64,000 nt of DNA from assembly GCA_977017645.1 (NCBI GenBank), contig OZ360231.1:86304001-86368000 (forward strand). Direction: 5' to 3'. This document shows positions 12,422 to 25,194 of this stretch, in pieces (positions within the stretch are counted from its first letter, which is position 1; every line of letters starts with the position of its first letter). A model generated the notes under the pieces. The model saw only the letters and a list, made by a program, of their open reading frames with translations. It made no database searches and was not told where the DNA came from. The stretch comes from Torpedo marmorata (lineage: Eukaryota). The translations under genes and the position numbers were made by a program.

Positions 12422-12502
12422 CAGAGACAGAGAGAGAGAAAGAGAGAGAGACAGAGAAAGAGAGAGAGAGAGAAAGATAGAGAGAAAGAGAGAGCGAAAG
12501 AG
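12422..12502. repeat. Imperfect (GA)n microsatellite
   Basis: Seen directly in the sequence. Confidence 0.9.
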
Positions 12503-12919
12503 TCTCTAGGCTGGATCAAAGGGAGAAAGGGAAACAGATCTGAATGAAAGATCACCTTGACCACTAATCACAGTACCCAGCTGGCTTTTTGTGATGATAG
12601 TAGCCATCTGAAAACATTGCAGATGATTTTCATGGCCAGAGAGAGACTTCCATTTCCTGGGTCATAATCAAGTGCTTCTATATTCCTTGTCTCCATGGTA
12701 ACTATTAGCCTGTACAAATATGGGTAAGTGGCCATCTGGTACAATATAAGGCAACAGTTTATTTTAGTTCACAGTTCAATAAAAGAAGCTGCTAAACTGC
12801 CAGACTGTTTGTTCAACATTCTGAGGAGCTGAGGTCTCTGCAATTAAATATCAGGAAGCCAAAAGCCAGCAAGATTCCTCATGAATTCTGCATCTTCACT
12901 ACCAAATCCATAGTTCTCC

Positions 12920-13870
12920 TCTGATTGTGTTGTCACCAAATTTGGGTATCACATTTCATCCTCCGATGAGCTTTGGACCACACATCTTTGTTATCATGAC
13001 CTATTGTCTTTATAACAGTGTCAAATTCCAACCCTGCCTCAATTCGCTCTTCCATGCCTCTTGTATCTTGAAAGTTGCCTGCTCCAATCACCCGATCAGC
13101 CGTTCATCACACTCTTCCCTGAACCAAGGCCATGCAAAACCATGCCATTCTGGTTAATTTGCTTATCACTCTAGTGTTTGCTAATTTACACCTGTTTACC
13201 AAGGCTTCAGATTCAGAATTCAAGGATAGTTCTCCAATCTCACGATGGCCTGCCCTTCCCAATTATTGTGAACTCTTCCAGCTTCACAAGCCTTTGAAAT
13301 AACTGCCCTTCCAATCCTCTAATCCGGTAATCCGCAAATGTCATCATTCCATCTTGGTGGCCATGTCTTCAGTTTTCCAAGTTTTAGAATTGTTCACCCT
13401 CTCACAAGCTGGTTATCAGATGGTGGTTCAGATAAACCATTTTGTTGTGTTTCATATTTTGTAAAGGGAGCATCATTCCTTCTTAAGAGGAGGTTAGTGA
13501 AGTGAATAGGATTTTAACAGCATTCTCATAGTTTCGGGGGTCACTATTGCTGGTCCTAACTAGTTATTCAAAGTTTATTTAATGACTTGAATTTAACTTT
13601 TCCCGTTGCCATGATGGCAGTTTGACCACTTTTTCAGAACAATAGCCCAGGCTTGTGCATCATAGGCCAGCAACTTAACCACCATCAGATGCACTCTCCC
13701 TAAGTTTCTCTGTCTTTAAATGTGCTTGTTAAAATCCACATATTTGATCAAGCTTTTGGTTATCAGCCCTAATATTTTCTACCTTGTCAAACTTTGTCAA
13801 TAACAGCCCTAATTTCTTAAGGACATTTTTGCTGCAAAATGCTATATAAGCACATTGCTATTATTATTGT
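12920..13870 (+). mobile_element. Ancient L2-like LINE 3' relic, probably with an antisense SINE at ~13460-13685
   Basis: NLGITFHPPMSFGPHI resembles the L2 NLGV.FD..LSF..HI motif; L2-like tail gctatataa...ttattattgtt. Confidence 0.45.
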
Positions 13871-14552
13871 TAGCATGACAAGTTAAGCACCAATAATCCA
13901 CCAATAGCCTTAGAATGCTGCTGGGAATGTTCCTTTATTAACATTGCCGCTATGAATCATCTACTGTGATAAGTAGTTACTGTGTTGTGTGTGAACACAA
14001 CATCAATAAATAAATATCAATCCTTGTCTGAAATATTCCACCATTAACTTTCCATCAGGTCATCCGTAAAAACTAGCAACTAAAGCTGAAAAATTAATTA
14101 GAATAAATTACAATAAATAAATAGTTGTTCACAGGAGCTGCTTCCAAGGGTTGGAGTGTAACAGTTAGAACAGATAATAAATCCAGGTGAGGAAAAAGCT
14201 GGCTCATTTTGGCTCAACAATGGAAAAATACTTTTCTTCTGCAACTTTACTAGTTAGTTTGCCAGATGACAAAAAGGTTAAAAAAAAATACCTGAGGTGC
14301 TTTCATAATTGATCATTTCTCAAAAGTCAAAATCCCAATGAATGTATTTGCATGAATTAAAAGAATAAATCATGAGATCAATACTAAATAAAAAACTGCA
14401 GCTGGACTTGTTCAGCATTACAATTCACGAGCACTAAAGATGCTGTAGAGGTAGACCTTTCCCTTATATACATTTTGCATGAGAACCTTCTGTGCTGACT
14501 TTCTCTATTACTGGCAAGTTTTAAATGAGATTAATTAAGAATGTACTTCTGC

Positions 14553-16106
14553 GAGAGTAAGTATGGATAAATTAACTTGGAATTATGAGATGGGTGGATT
14601 ACAACTCCCCAATTTTCAATATTATTATAAGGCAGCTCAATTAAAGTTTATTAATGAATTTTTTGATTTAACTAAATCTACCGCTTGGATTAATATAGAA
14701 TTGAATAATATAGGGGAGAGATATAAAGAAGATATTATTTATAAGTGGAATTCTAAATTATTATTAGTTAAAAAGAAAAATTCACCGATTATTAAACATT
14801 TGCTGGAAATTTGGACACAGTTAGATAATGAGATAGGACGAAAAGGGTCATTATCTCCAAATATGCCACTGTATCAAAATCTATTTTTACCATTTTCTAT
14901 TGACAATCAATTTTTAAAAATATGGTTTCAAAAAGGAATTAAGAAGATTAAAGATTGTTTTGAGGCTGGAAGATTTGTTACATTTTCTAGATTGAAAGAA
15001 AAATTTGGAATATTAGATAATACAATTTTAGCTTATTATCAGGTTAAAGGATTTTTAGTTGAGAAACTGGGAAATCAATTAATAGCTCCAAGACAGGATG
15101 GATTAGAATTATTAATTACTAATGGAAATGTTAATAAATGTATATCACAAATGTATAAATTACTTCAGAGAAAAATGCCTAAAGTAGGATTCCATAAATC
15201 AAGATTAAAATGGGAATCAGATTTAAATATTAATATAGATGAAAAACATTGGAAAGATTTATGTAAATTGAGTATGACTAAAATTATTAATGTTAGGTAT
15301 AGATTAGTACAATATAATTTTTTTCATCAATTATATTTAACACCTAAAAAATTAAAGAAATTTAATCCGGCATTATCAGATATGTGTTTTAGATGCAAGG
15401 ATGAAATTGGTTCTTTTGTTCATTCAACATGGTTATGTCCTAAAATCAAGGACTTTTGGTCTAAAGATAAAAAAAATTTAGATAGAATTTTTAATATTAT
15501 ATTTCCAATGGATCCTATGTTATTTTTATTTGGAGATATTAAAAAATTTAGTATTAGAAATAGATTAAATATGTATCAAATAGAATTTTTACGAATTGTT
15601 TTAGCGGTTTCAAAAAAATGTATTGCTATTACTTGGAAATCAGATTTAGATTTGAATTTAGATAGATTGCATGCAGAATTACGTTCATGTATACCATTAG
15701 AAAAGATTACGTACAATCTACGTAATAAATATCATTTCTTTTTGAAAATTTGGAGCCCATATATGAGAGCTATGGGTATGAATTAATTCTCTGGAAGTCG
15801 GCTCCGCTAGCGAAATTAACCTCCAATATATAAATAGAATTAGTTTGTAGTTTGTTTTCTCCTCACTTTAATTCTTTAATTCTTTATTATTCAACATTTT
15901 TCTTTTTATTCTTTTTTTTTCTCTTTTGTTTTTATATATTTTTATTTATTTTTTTTTTTTTCTTTAGAATAGTGGTAGTTGGGGAGGGGAGGGTGGGAGG
16001 GAGGGAGGAAATATATCACATGTATTTGGAATGATATATTATTTTTGATTTATGTATTTTGTGATTTTAAAATTTAAATAAAATTATTTTTAAAAAAATT
16101 TAAAAA
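14553..16106 (+). mobile_element. L1 family A (subfamily A2), 5'-truncated
   Basis: ORF 14563-15786 is the ORF2 C-terminus (GGLQLPNF, CFRC..HSTWLCP); G-rich 3' UTR; TSD aagaatgtacttctgc at 14537-14552 and 16107-16122. Confidence 0.9.
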
Positions 16107-16299
16107 AAGAATGTACTTCTGCCACACTGGACAGAGTCACTTCTATACTGGCTATTTCTTGGGAGTTGCTTATATTGCAGCAGATAGTTGGTGTAATGTT
16201 GCAACCTCCCAGCTTTATTCTGTTTCTGATAATCCTATAGAAATGGGTATGATTTGCTTAGTGTACTCTTCATTATATATCAATATGTTTTGCAAGTAT

Positions 16300-16470
16300 T
16301 CAGATGCCTGCCCACATTTTGTCCATACCTTGATGAAGGGCTCAAGCCTGAAACATTGGTTATGCATCTTTATCTTTGCTCTATAAAGTACACTGTTTGA
16401 CCTGCTGAGTTTTTTCCAGCATTGTGTTTTTACTTCAACCATGGTGTCTGCAGACTTCCGTGTTTTACTT
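16300..16470 (+). mobile_element. Solo PLE pLTR with hammerhead-like motif
   Basis: ccTTGATGAAGGGCTCAAGCCTGAAACATTGG...gtctgcagacttccgtgttttact. Confidence 0.8.
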
Positions 16471-17309
16471 CTGTAAATAGTAATTGTTGCTTTATGGCTG
16501 TTACACCAAGTCTTATGTCAGGTTACAAACTACTGTTTGGGTTGCCCCACACACTACAATACCTGAGTGAGATTGAATGCAACTCAACTCTTTTTAGCTG
16601 GTCACAGAGGATGAAGTGTCAAGGAGCACAGAACAGTTGGCAAAACTTCAATATCTGCTGCAGAAGGGCAAAGTTTGTGTCGAGAAGCCTGTGGCACTGT
16701 TAACGATTGAAGAGTCATGATTTAATTAGGATTTTCATGTTGTCATTGATTTGTGCATGACAATGGTTGATTTGCAATTAGCACTGTTGTAGATCAACAA
16801 AGTCTTCAAAGTATCATTTGTACAAATATTTCATTTATGCAATTTTTAACAGAAAATTTAAATAGCTGACAATCATATGAAAAGGATGAATTATGAAAAA
16901 TTCTACATTTAGTTTCAATAAGAATCACTGCCTTTTATCTTTCTTTGATATATTCATACAATAACTTTGCTAAAGGGTATTTCAAGTGTAAGTTGTGCAT
17001 GTTTCACATTTTGTTTCTGTGTGGGTACAATGAATTGCCTTTTTACGATGGTAAGAGTTTCTATCGCTGTCAGTCTCAGCTCGCTGATTACCACTACATT
17101 CATTTTAACTCAGTCACTTGATGTTGAAACAAACAGTATTAAAGTAATAAAATGGTTCACATGTGAGAAGGAGCTTTAATGCTGTCATATTATTCTGAAA
17201 TGATGAATACAAACATTCGAAACTGACTTCAATTGAAATAAAAAAATGATAAATAGTTTAATATCATTTACTTGACTATTCTTAGGTCCTCAGTCTCATC
17301 TCAGCTACG

Positions 17310-17975
17310 GGGCTGATTGTTGATTTCAGGAAGGGAAAACCAGAGAGGTACGATCCAGTTATCAGAGGTGGAGAAGGTGAGCAAATTTAAGTTCTTGGGA
17401 GTCACTATCTCGGACGATCTTTCCTGGACCCAACACACTAATGACATCGTGAAGAAAGCACATCAGTGTCTTCAATGTCAGTCATGTTGGGAGTTTGCAG
17501 AGATGTGGCATGACATCAGAAACCCTAGCAAATTTCTACAGATCTGTGGTGGAACGTATGCTGACCGGCAGCATAATGGTCTGGTATGGGGATACAAATA
17601 CCCCTGAGCGTAAAGCCCTCCAAATGGTAATGGACACAGCCCAGGAATCACAGGAAAAACCCTCCCCACTATCGAGAACATCTACAGGGAATGCTGCTGC
17701 CAGAGAGCAGCAGCAATCATCAAGGATCCACACCACCCATCGGACTTCTGTTCTCGCTGCTACCATCAGAAAAGAGGTATAGGTGCCACAAGACTCGCAC
17801 CACTAGGTTCAGGAACAGCTGCTACCTCTCCACTATCAGACTCCTCAACGACAAACTCAATCAGTTTTTATTGCACTACCAGTAACCTGCCTCGCCTGCA
17901 GGAAAAATAATCTCAGGGTTATATGTGATGTCATGTACGTACTCTGACAATAAATCTAAAAATCTGAAATCTGAC
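17310..17975 (+). mobile_element. Rex1/Babar family A 3' fragment
   Basis: [20 protein letters not shown] and TTRFRNSCY motifs; tail aataaatctaaaaatctgaaatctga. Confidence 0.85.
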
Positions 17976-18709
17976 AATCATATTTATGTGTTGACATTCA
18001 TTTTACTTTGTAAAAACCCAATCAATAAAGGCCACGGATTAGATAGAATGTGGACCAGGTAATCTTCAGTTGCAGCAGACCCAAAGTCTGACATATTCCA
18101 AGTTGCCCTCAAAAGGATGTATTTGGCTCCTTATTCAAGTAACACCTGCCCAGCTGAACCAATGTGACTTCTGATGTTATTCAGACAGAGGAGGCTGATC
18201 CTCACACTGGTATCATTGGATCAGTGTCTTCAATGTCAGACAGTAAACTTTTGAGAATCAAGTATTAATATATATGACTTAACATGTAAATCTTTTCTGA
18301 ATGCTTTCAATGGATAAGAATTAAAAAACCCTGAAGTTTGAGCAACAAAGAGGCACTAACATTAATTTCAACTCAGTTTCTGGGTTGACAAGATTAAACA
18401 TGAGTCTGTGCCATCAGTGCAAAAGTCAGTCGTTTACATGCAGACTGCATTCACAGAGCGAAAGTGAAGCATCTGTGCTTCAACTCAGCATCAATATGCT
18501 TAAAACATCTGCATGGGAAACTCTGAGCATTAGATTTCATAGAAGAGACTCTACACACAAGAATCCACTAACGCCATAACAGGGGTCCTCCTCATTCTGC
18601 TTTTTCTGATCAGTGGAATGTAATTTTTACACAATGTAAATATGCTTTATCAAATTAATGAAAGGAATATTAATTAATGAGAATTTTGCAGAGACATAAA
18701 ATATGATTA

Positions 18710-19145
18710 AATCATGGACATTTATGGTACGGAAGGAGGCCATTATCCCTGTCGTGTCTATGCTACACTTTGGGTTAACCACTTCCCAACTCAGTTCAAG
18801 CACATTAATTGTTTACAAGGGAATCTTTCAAATGTGGTGAGGATTTCTATATCCATTGCCCTTTTAAGAGGAGATTTCAAGATCCCCAACACTTGTCGAG
18901 TGATTTTTTTTTTTTCTCAAATCCCCTCTAATTCGTCCACTGACTTGTAACAGAAACCTTCCAGTTACCTACAAATCTTTGTGGTAAGAAAAATATGTAC
19001 TTACTTTTCATCCTAGCTAGTCCTCTCCTAATTTCATATACCTCACTTAACTATCCTCTCAGATTCCTTTGTTCCAAAAAAAACAACCATGGCTTAAACA
19101 GTCTCTCCTCATAACTATTATTTTATAGCTTGGGCAATATCCTCA
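18710..19145 (-). mobile_element. Old CR1 3' fragment
   Basis: CR1-like 3' end (ggaggccatt) followed by degraded antisense RT C-terminus sequence. Confidence 0.5.
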
Positions 19146-19602
19146 TTCTGGTGAAGTCAAACACCAAATCTGTTTTTGTAAGAAAATACCCTAGTGCCAT
19201 TGTATTACTGCATACTCCTTAAAGTCCATAGTGAGTGAGAAAATAGAGAAGAGGAAATATGTAGGGAAATTACAGTTTGGTAATTTAAGAATCACTGTGT
19301 TATGCAAATTGAAAATTCCAATTATTCTATTACCCTCTGGCTACTGATGGAGTAAAGTCAGAAGGAAAAGAATTTCTAAAGTGTGTAGAGGAGAATTTTA
19401 TTGATTGTAATTTGTTTGCTCTTATGAAGATGGAGCCATTTCTTAACCAAGGGGAAAACAAGATTGGTTCAATGGCAAAAGTGTCATTGGTTGAACATAT
19501 AAAAAACAGTGGTCATGATATATACAATGTTTTGACTAGCTTTGGAAAAGGACAAAGAATAATATAGAATAAAAATATTTAATATTTTAATAATAATAAA
19601 TA

Positions 19603-19820
19603 GGGCAGTGTAGTGGTTAGCACAATGCTATTACAGTGCCAGCAGGCTGGATTAGAATCCACCGCTGCCTGTAAGAAGTTTGCATGTTCTCCCAGTGACT
19701 GTGTGCATTTCCCCTGGTTTCCTCCAGAGGTATGGGGTTTAGTAGGTTAATTTGTCACATATGTGTATTTGGGTGGCACAGGAAGGGCCTGTTACCAAGC
19801 TGTATCCCTAAATTAAATTA
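19603..19820 (+). mobile_element. V-SINE (HE1-like), internally deleted
   Basis: Homology to 9583-9840. Confidence 0.75.
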
Positions 19821-20346
19821 TTTGGAGATAGACAGTTCTGATTTCAAAATACTCAGTCTACCAAGCAGCACCCGTGGAAAGAGAAACAAAGCCATCATTT
19901 CAGGTTGAAGTGTAATGGTCCGCCTTTAAAGCAAGAAGCTCAGAAACTGTCCAAGTACATTCCTTTGAGTTGAATGGTATGTCAAATAAAGCTGGGGCTC
20001 TCTGGATGTTAAATGAGATAGCAGAGATGGCAGGTTACAATACAAGTGAGAACAAGGCTAAGCAGACATCTTATAATGGAAGTGGTGAAACAAATTAGAG
20101 GGGAGAAAAGAACAGAAGAGAATTTTAGCAGCTAATATAAAATGAAATCCAGAAGTATTACTGACAAATAAATAATAAATAGGTATTAGGAGGAAATACT
20201 GTAAAGGTCTGATGAAAAACAGTATTAGAAGTTTATATATGGGGACAGAGGGGATGCCTGAGATATTAAATGCACTTTGCATTTGTTTTCACAATGCAAG
20301 GGGAAGTAGTTGAGATGCTAGATGAACTAAAATTTGATAAAGTTGG

Positions 20347-20750
20347 TGTAAGGGTTAAAATGACTTGCAAACAAATTCTGCAAGCTAGCCGGCAAATATT
20401 GTTTACGAATTCCATGAGTGTCTCCTAGTAACAGCTAACTTCAAGGCTGGCTAGTTTTTACATGTTTAAGATAAACAATCAGTTTTGAGTTTGCTTTTGT
20501 ACTGTTAGAACCAGGAGAGCATGGAGGCACTCCAGATAATTCTTTTGACCATTTTATTGTACGTGTTATTGTCTGTTTTATTGACTATTTTAAGTATCGT
20601 TTTAATTGTTTTATCATAGTTCTAATCGTATAAGGTTCTAATAAACTGTGAAAAACTCAACGCAACTTTAGAACGGACTTTTCATTTAACGAGTCAAAAC
20701 AACGGTGCTCCATTCTTTCCAAGCGATTATAAAGGAAGATAGTCGCAATA
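20347..20750 (+). mobile_element. Solo LTR (~404 bp)
   Basis: Starts TGTAA and ends GCAATA (probably decayed from ..ACA); 5-bp TSD gttgg at 20342-20346 and 20751-20755; internal AATAAA at ~20640. Confidence 0.65.
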
Positions 20751-21337
20751 GTTGGGGTAGTAGATATACTGAGTTATAGTTAAATCAGTGGGGCCCAGGA
20801 CACACCTGGGTCACTGAAGAAAATGAAGATGGAAATTATGGAGGTACTGAGTGTCATCTTCCAACATCCTTAGGTGCATAGGTGGTTGTGTGGAGAAGTG
20901 TGGCATCCTGGTCCAAAACAAAATGAAAGAAGGAACAACTTATTGACTACGCTTTAGAAGTAAATATCCAAAAGTGTACCGTCACTAGATATTTGGAATA
21001 AGTAATGGAAGGCAGCATTGGTTTGCAAAAGGAAATCATCTTTGATTAATAAAATTAGGCATTTTTATTAAGTAATACAAATAGTTGATATGAATAAATC
21101 AGCTGATGAGATGTTATGGACCTCTAGAAGATGCTTGGTACAGTGTCAAAAATAGACTTGTCAGCATGATTTAAGCCCACAGGAGCAAAAGGACTTTGCC
21201 AACATGGATAATAAATTGATTTAGGAAACAAAAGGCAGACAGTCATGATGAGCCTGTGTTTATCACATTGGAGAGAGGTAGATGGCGGTGTTCCCCAGAG
21301 GTCGATGCTGGGATCACTGTTCTTCCTGATATTTATT

Positions 21338-21637
21338 AATAAACTTTGATAAACAAGGACAATTTCATATTTTACAGTCAACAGAAAACTTGCAAGTATA
21401 GTGAACAGTGGGGAGAATCGTATTAGGTCAAAATGACATTGGCAGACAAGGGCAAACAAGAGGCAAAAGAAATTTAATGCAAAGAAATAAACTTTGATAA
21501 ACAAGGACAATTTCATATTTTACAGTCAACAGAAAACTTGCAAGTATAGTGAACAGTGGGGAGAATAGTATTAGGTCAAAATGACATTGGCAGACAAGGG
21601 CAAACAAGAGGCAAAAGAAATTTAATGCAAAGAAATA
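21338..21637. repeat. 148-bp tandem duplication inside the old CR1
   Basis: Units start at 21338 and 21486; one mismatch seen. Confidence 0.9.
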
Positions 21638-21703
21638 TGAAAGGAAAACAGGGGTAGCAACATAAATAGTTCATTTTGAAAAGGATACAAGAATACAAAG
21701 ACT

Positions 21704-23277
21704 AATTTTTCAAAGATTTAAATTCAATTATTAGAAAATTTTTATGGAAAGGAAAGTTAGCAAGAGTAGGTATGGAAAAACTAACTTGGAATTATGAAAT
21801 GGGTGGTTTATAACTTCCTAATTTCCAAAATTATTATAAAGCAGCTCAATTAAAATTTGTTAATGAATTTTTTGATTCAACTAAATCTTCTGCTTGGATT
21901 AAAATAGAACTAAATAATATAGGAGAAGATTCTAAAGAAGAAGTTATTTATAAATGGGATTCTAAATTAATATCAACAAGAAAGAAAAATTCTCCTATTC
22001 TTAAACATTTGTTAGAAATATGGAATAAGACGGATAAGGAAACAGGAGGAAAAGGATTGATTTCTTCAAGGATGCCTTTATATCAAAATTAACTTATTCC
22101 ATTTACTATTAATAATCAATTATTTAAAATTTGGTTTCAAAAAGGAATTAAGAAAATAAATGATTGTTTTGAAGCTGGGAAATTTATTACTTTTCAAAGA
22201 ATGAAAGATAAATTTAATATATTAGATAATACACTTTTTGCTTATTATCAAATTAGAGCTTTTCTGATTGAGAAATTAGGTTATGCTTTGACTTTACCAA
22301 GACAAAATGAATTAGAATTATTAGTTAGTAAAGGAGATGTAAACAAATTTATTTCTCAAATGTATAAATTGTTTCAGAGGAAAATTCCTAAAGTAGGAAT
22401 TCATAAATCAAGATTAAAATGGGAATTAGATTTGAACGTAATAATAGATGAAAATCACTGGAAGGAATTATGTAAATTAAGTATGATGAAGATTATTAAT
22501 GTTAGATATAGATTAGTGCAATACAATTTTTTTCATCAATTATATTTAACACCTAAAAAATTAAAGAAATTTAACCCGACATTATCAGGTTTATGTTTCA
22601 GATGTAATAAAGAGGAAGGTTCTTTTGTACATTCTACATGGTTTTGTCCAAAAGTCTATGATTTTTGGTTCAAAGTTAAAAAAAATTTAGATGAAGTATT
22701 TAAGATTATATTTCCGATGGATCCTATGATATTTTTGTTTGGAGATATTAAAAAATTTAGTATTAAGATTAAATTAAATATGTATCAAATAGAATTTTTG
22801 CGAATTGCTTTAGCTGTTTCAAAGAAATGCATTGCTATTACTTGGAAATCTGATGTTGATTTAGGGTTAGAAAGATGGCATGCAGAACTTCGTTCATGTA
22901 TACCACTTGAAAAAATTACTTATAACTTACGTAATAAATATCATTTCTTTTTAAAAATATGGAGCCCTTATATGAAAGCTATTGGATTAAGGATTTGAAG
23001 ATCTCTGGACATTGGATCTACTGGCTACCTAACCTCCATAATAGAATTAGTTTATAGATGTATTTATTAGATTGACACTCTCCTTACCTTATCTTTTTCT
23101 TCTCTATTTCTTTCTTTTTTATATTTTATTAGATTAGTGGGGTTGGGAGGGTTGGGGAGGGGAGGGTGGGAGGGGGGGTGAAAATGTATCACAAGTATTT
23201 TTGATAATTTTATATTTTATTCTATGTATTTTGTGATTTAAAATTTTAAATAAAATATTTTTAAAAAATAAATAAAA
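21704..23277 (+). mobile_element. L1 family A (subfamily A1), 5'-truncated
   Basis: ORF 22201-22998; TSD aagaatacaaagact at 21689-21703 and 23278-23292. Confidence 0.9.
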
Positions 23278-23892
23278 AAGAATACAAAGACTGTGGTATA
23301 TTTATGTATAAATGCTTGAAGATGAAAGGCCAGGTTTAGAAAGCTTTTGAAGAAAAGTACAGAACCTTGAGCTTCATAAGTGGGACACATCACATAAAAA
23401 CAAGTTCTGATAAATTTTTATGAAAAAAAGAACTGGTTCAGCTACTGATAAACTCTCGACATCATGCTTTAGAAGGACATGAAGCTTGGAGAAAAGATTG
23501 CAGGAGTGGAGAATATGACAGAAGTGTTCAATGTGTTCAAACAGAGTGAACAGTGTGAAAATATTCCCATTAATATAAGGATGAAGGACCAGAGGGAAAA
23601 TATTTGAAGTTAATGGCAATGAAATCCTGTGGGAAAAGTTAATACAGCATGTGGTTAATATCTAGAATACATGGCTTCCAGACAGCAATTGGATATTGTC
23701 CTGAAATAAAAATAAAAATTGCGAGGCTACAGGGAAAGTTTGCTGGAATCGGATTAGATGCAAGGCTTGGCCTTTTTCACTGTTGCCATTTAATGAGACA
23801 CGCAAACAAAATGCATATTTCTAACTGATTTCATGTCTTGTTTCAGGACTCACAATAGATAGTGGAAGAAATGAAAAATGTATGTTAACTGT

Positions 23893-24201
23893 AAAACACG
23901 AAAGTCTACAGACACTGTGATTGAAGTAAAAACACAATGCTGGAGAAACTCAGCAGGTAAAACAATGTCCTTTATATAGCAAAGATAAAGATACATAACA
24001 AACATTTCGGGCTTAAGCCCTTCATCAAGTTATGAGAAAAATGTAGGCAGGCGCCCGAATATTTTGTTCGGGTTCCTGCCTACATTTTGCTAATTAATAC
24101 CTTGATGAAGGGTTCAAGCCCGAAACGTTGGTTATGTATCTTCATCTTTGATATATAATGTAGACTGTTTGACTTGCTGAGTTATCCAGCATTGTGTTTT
24201 T
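23893..24201. mobile_element. Foldback element made of two inverted PLE pLTRs
   Basis: Minus pLTR at 23893-24030, central palindrome at 24037-24088, plus pLTR at 24100-24201; TSD aatgtatgtta(a/g)ctgt at 23877-23892 and 24202-24217. Confidence 0.85.
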
Positions 24202-25194
24202 AATGTATGTTAGCTGTGGGCTTTTGAAGAACAAATAAGCATGTAGTTACAGAGGAGGCAGTCGTTAAAAAGGATTCTGCATGTCCATTACTATCAATCA
24301 CTTGAACATATTAATTAAGTGCTCGGCAAGCACTTGCATGATTTATTCAACCGCGTACCATCAGTAAAGTGTTTGATCACTTGGGTAATTAAACGATGAG
24401 CTGAGGAAGAAATTTATATTTTATGTCAGCTTATAAATGCAATATTTTTTAAATATTTATGGATTCTGGACATCCTTGCAAGGCCAGCAGTTATTGCCAT
24501 CCCTAATGGGTTCTGAGAAGGTGATGGTGAAGCAACTTCTTGATTTATTGCAGCCTGTATTCCTTTTGTGCTTATCAGTGAAGCTTGCTGAACAATATTA
24601 ATACCCTTTAGAACTATTCCTTTTCTCTCTTATTTAAAATCTTATAGTTAACTTATTTTGATCTACTATACATTCCCAAAGATTGACTGGAGTTGGGAAA
24701 GAGGTGATCCTTTGGTGGAAACCCAACCACTTTCCAATTATAGTCTGACCAATGAAAGATTTGAAAATGATTTGGGGATATTCTGTCCCTATCATTATGC
24801 ATGGGAGAATTAACTGTACAACCCCCCCCCCCACCTCTCTGTGCCTAACCATAATAATACCATTGACAAAACGGTGTCAGAATTTTGTCATAAAAAAACG
24901 ATCAATGCCAAATATTGCTGCTCCAATGAACTGTGCCTTGGAATAGCTGACTAATCCATTGTATCAAAAAGAGTCTTCATACAACTAAACAATTTAGTTA
25001 TGGGATTTTCTAAGCAATTTCTTGGGACAGAATAGGAGATCATGGATACACTATTCTACGGATAGTTAAATGCTACAGAAACTGAAGCTTTTGAACTCTT
25101 TTGTCAATATTAACCCCATTTTATAGATTTTCCATTATTATAGATAATAGTAAATAGAGAAACATGGAAACCTTTTGAGACTAAACTAATAATC

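Larger units (their letters stand above)
19300..23790 (+). mobile_element. Highly degraded CR1 LINE fragmented by a SINE, a solo LTR and an L1
   Basis: Remnants resembling CR1 ORF2 (aatccagaagtatt, ggtgttccccagaggtcgatgctgggatca = GVPQGS.LG, aaatttaatgcaaagaaat), continuing after the L1 TSD. Confidence 0.55.

Noticed and set aside
14135-14186. Possible 52-nt exon (cag|GAGCTG...CCAG|gtgagg) and isolated GTAAG donors at ~12724 and ~17050
   Set aside because: Weak or missing pyrimidine tracts and no recognisable peptide; such sites are expected by chance.
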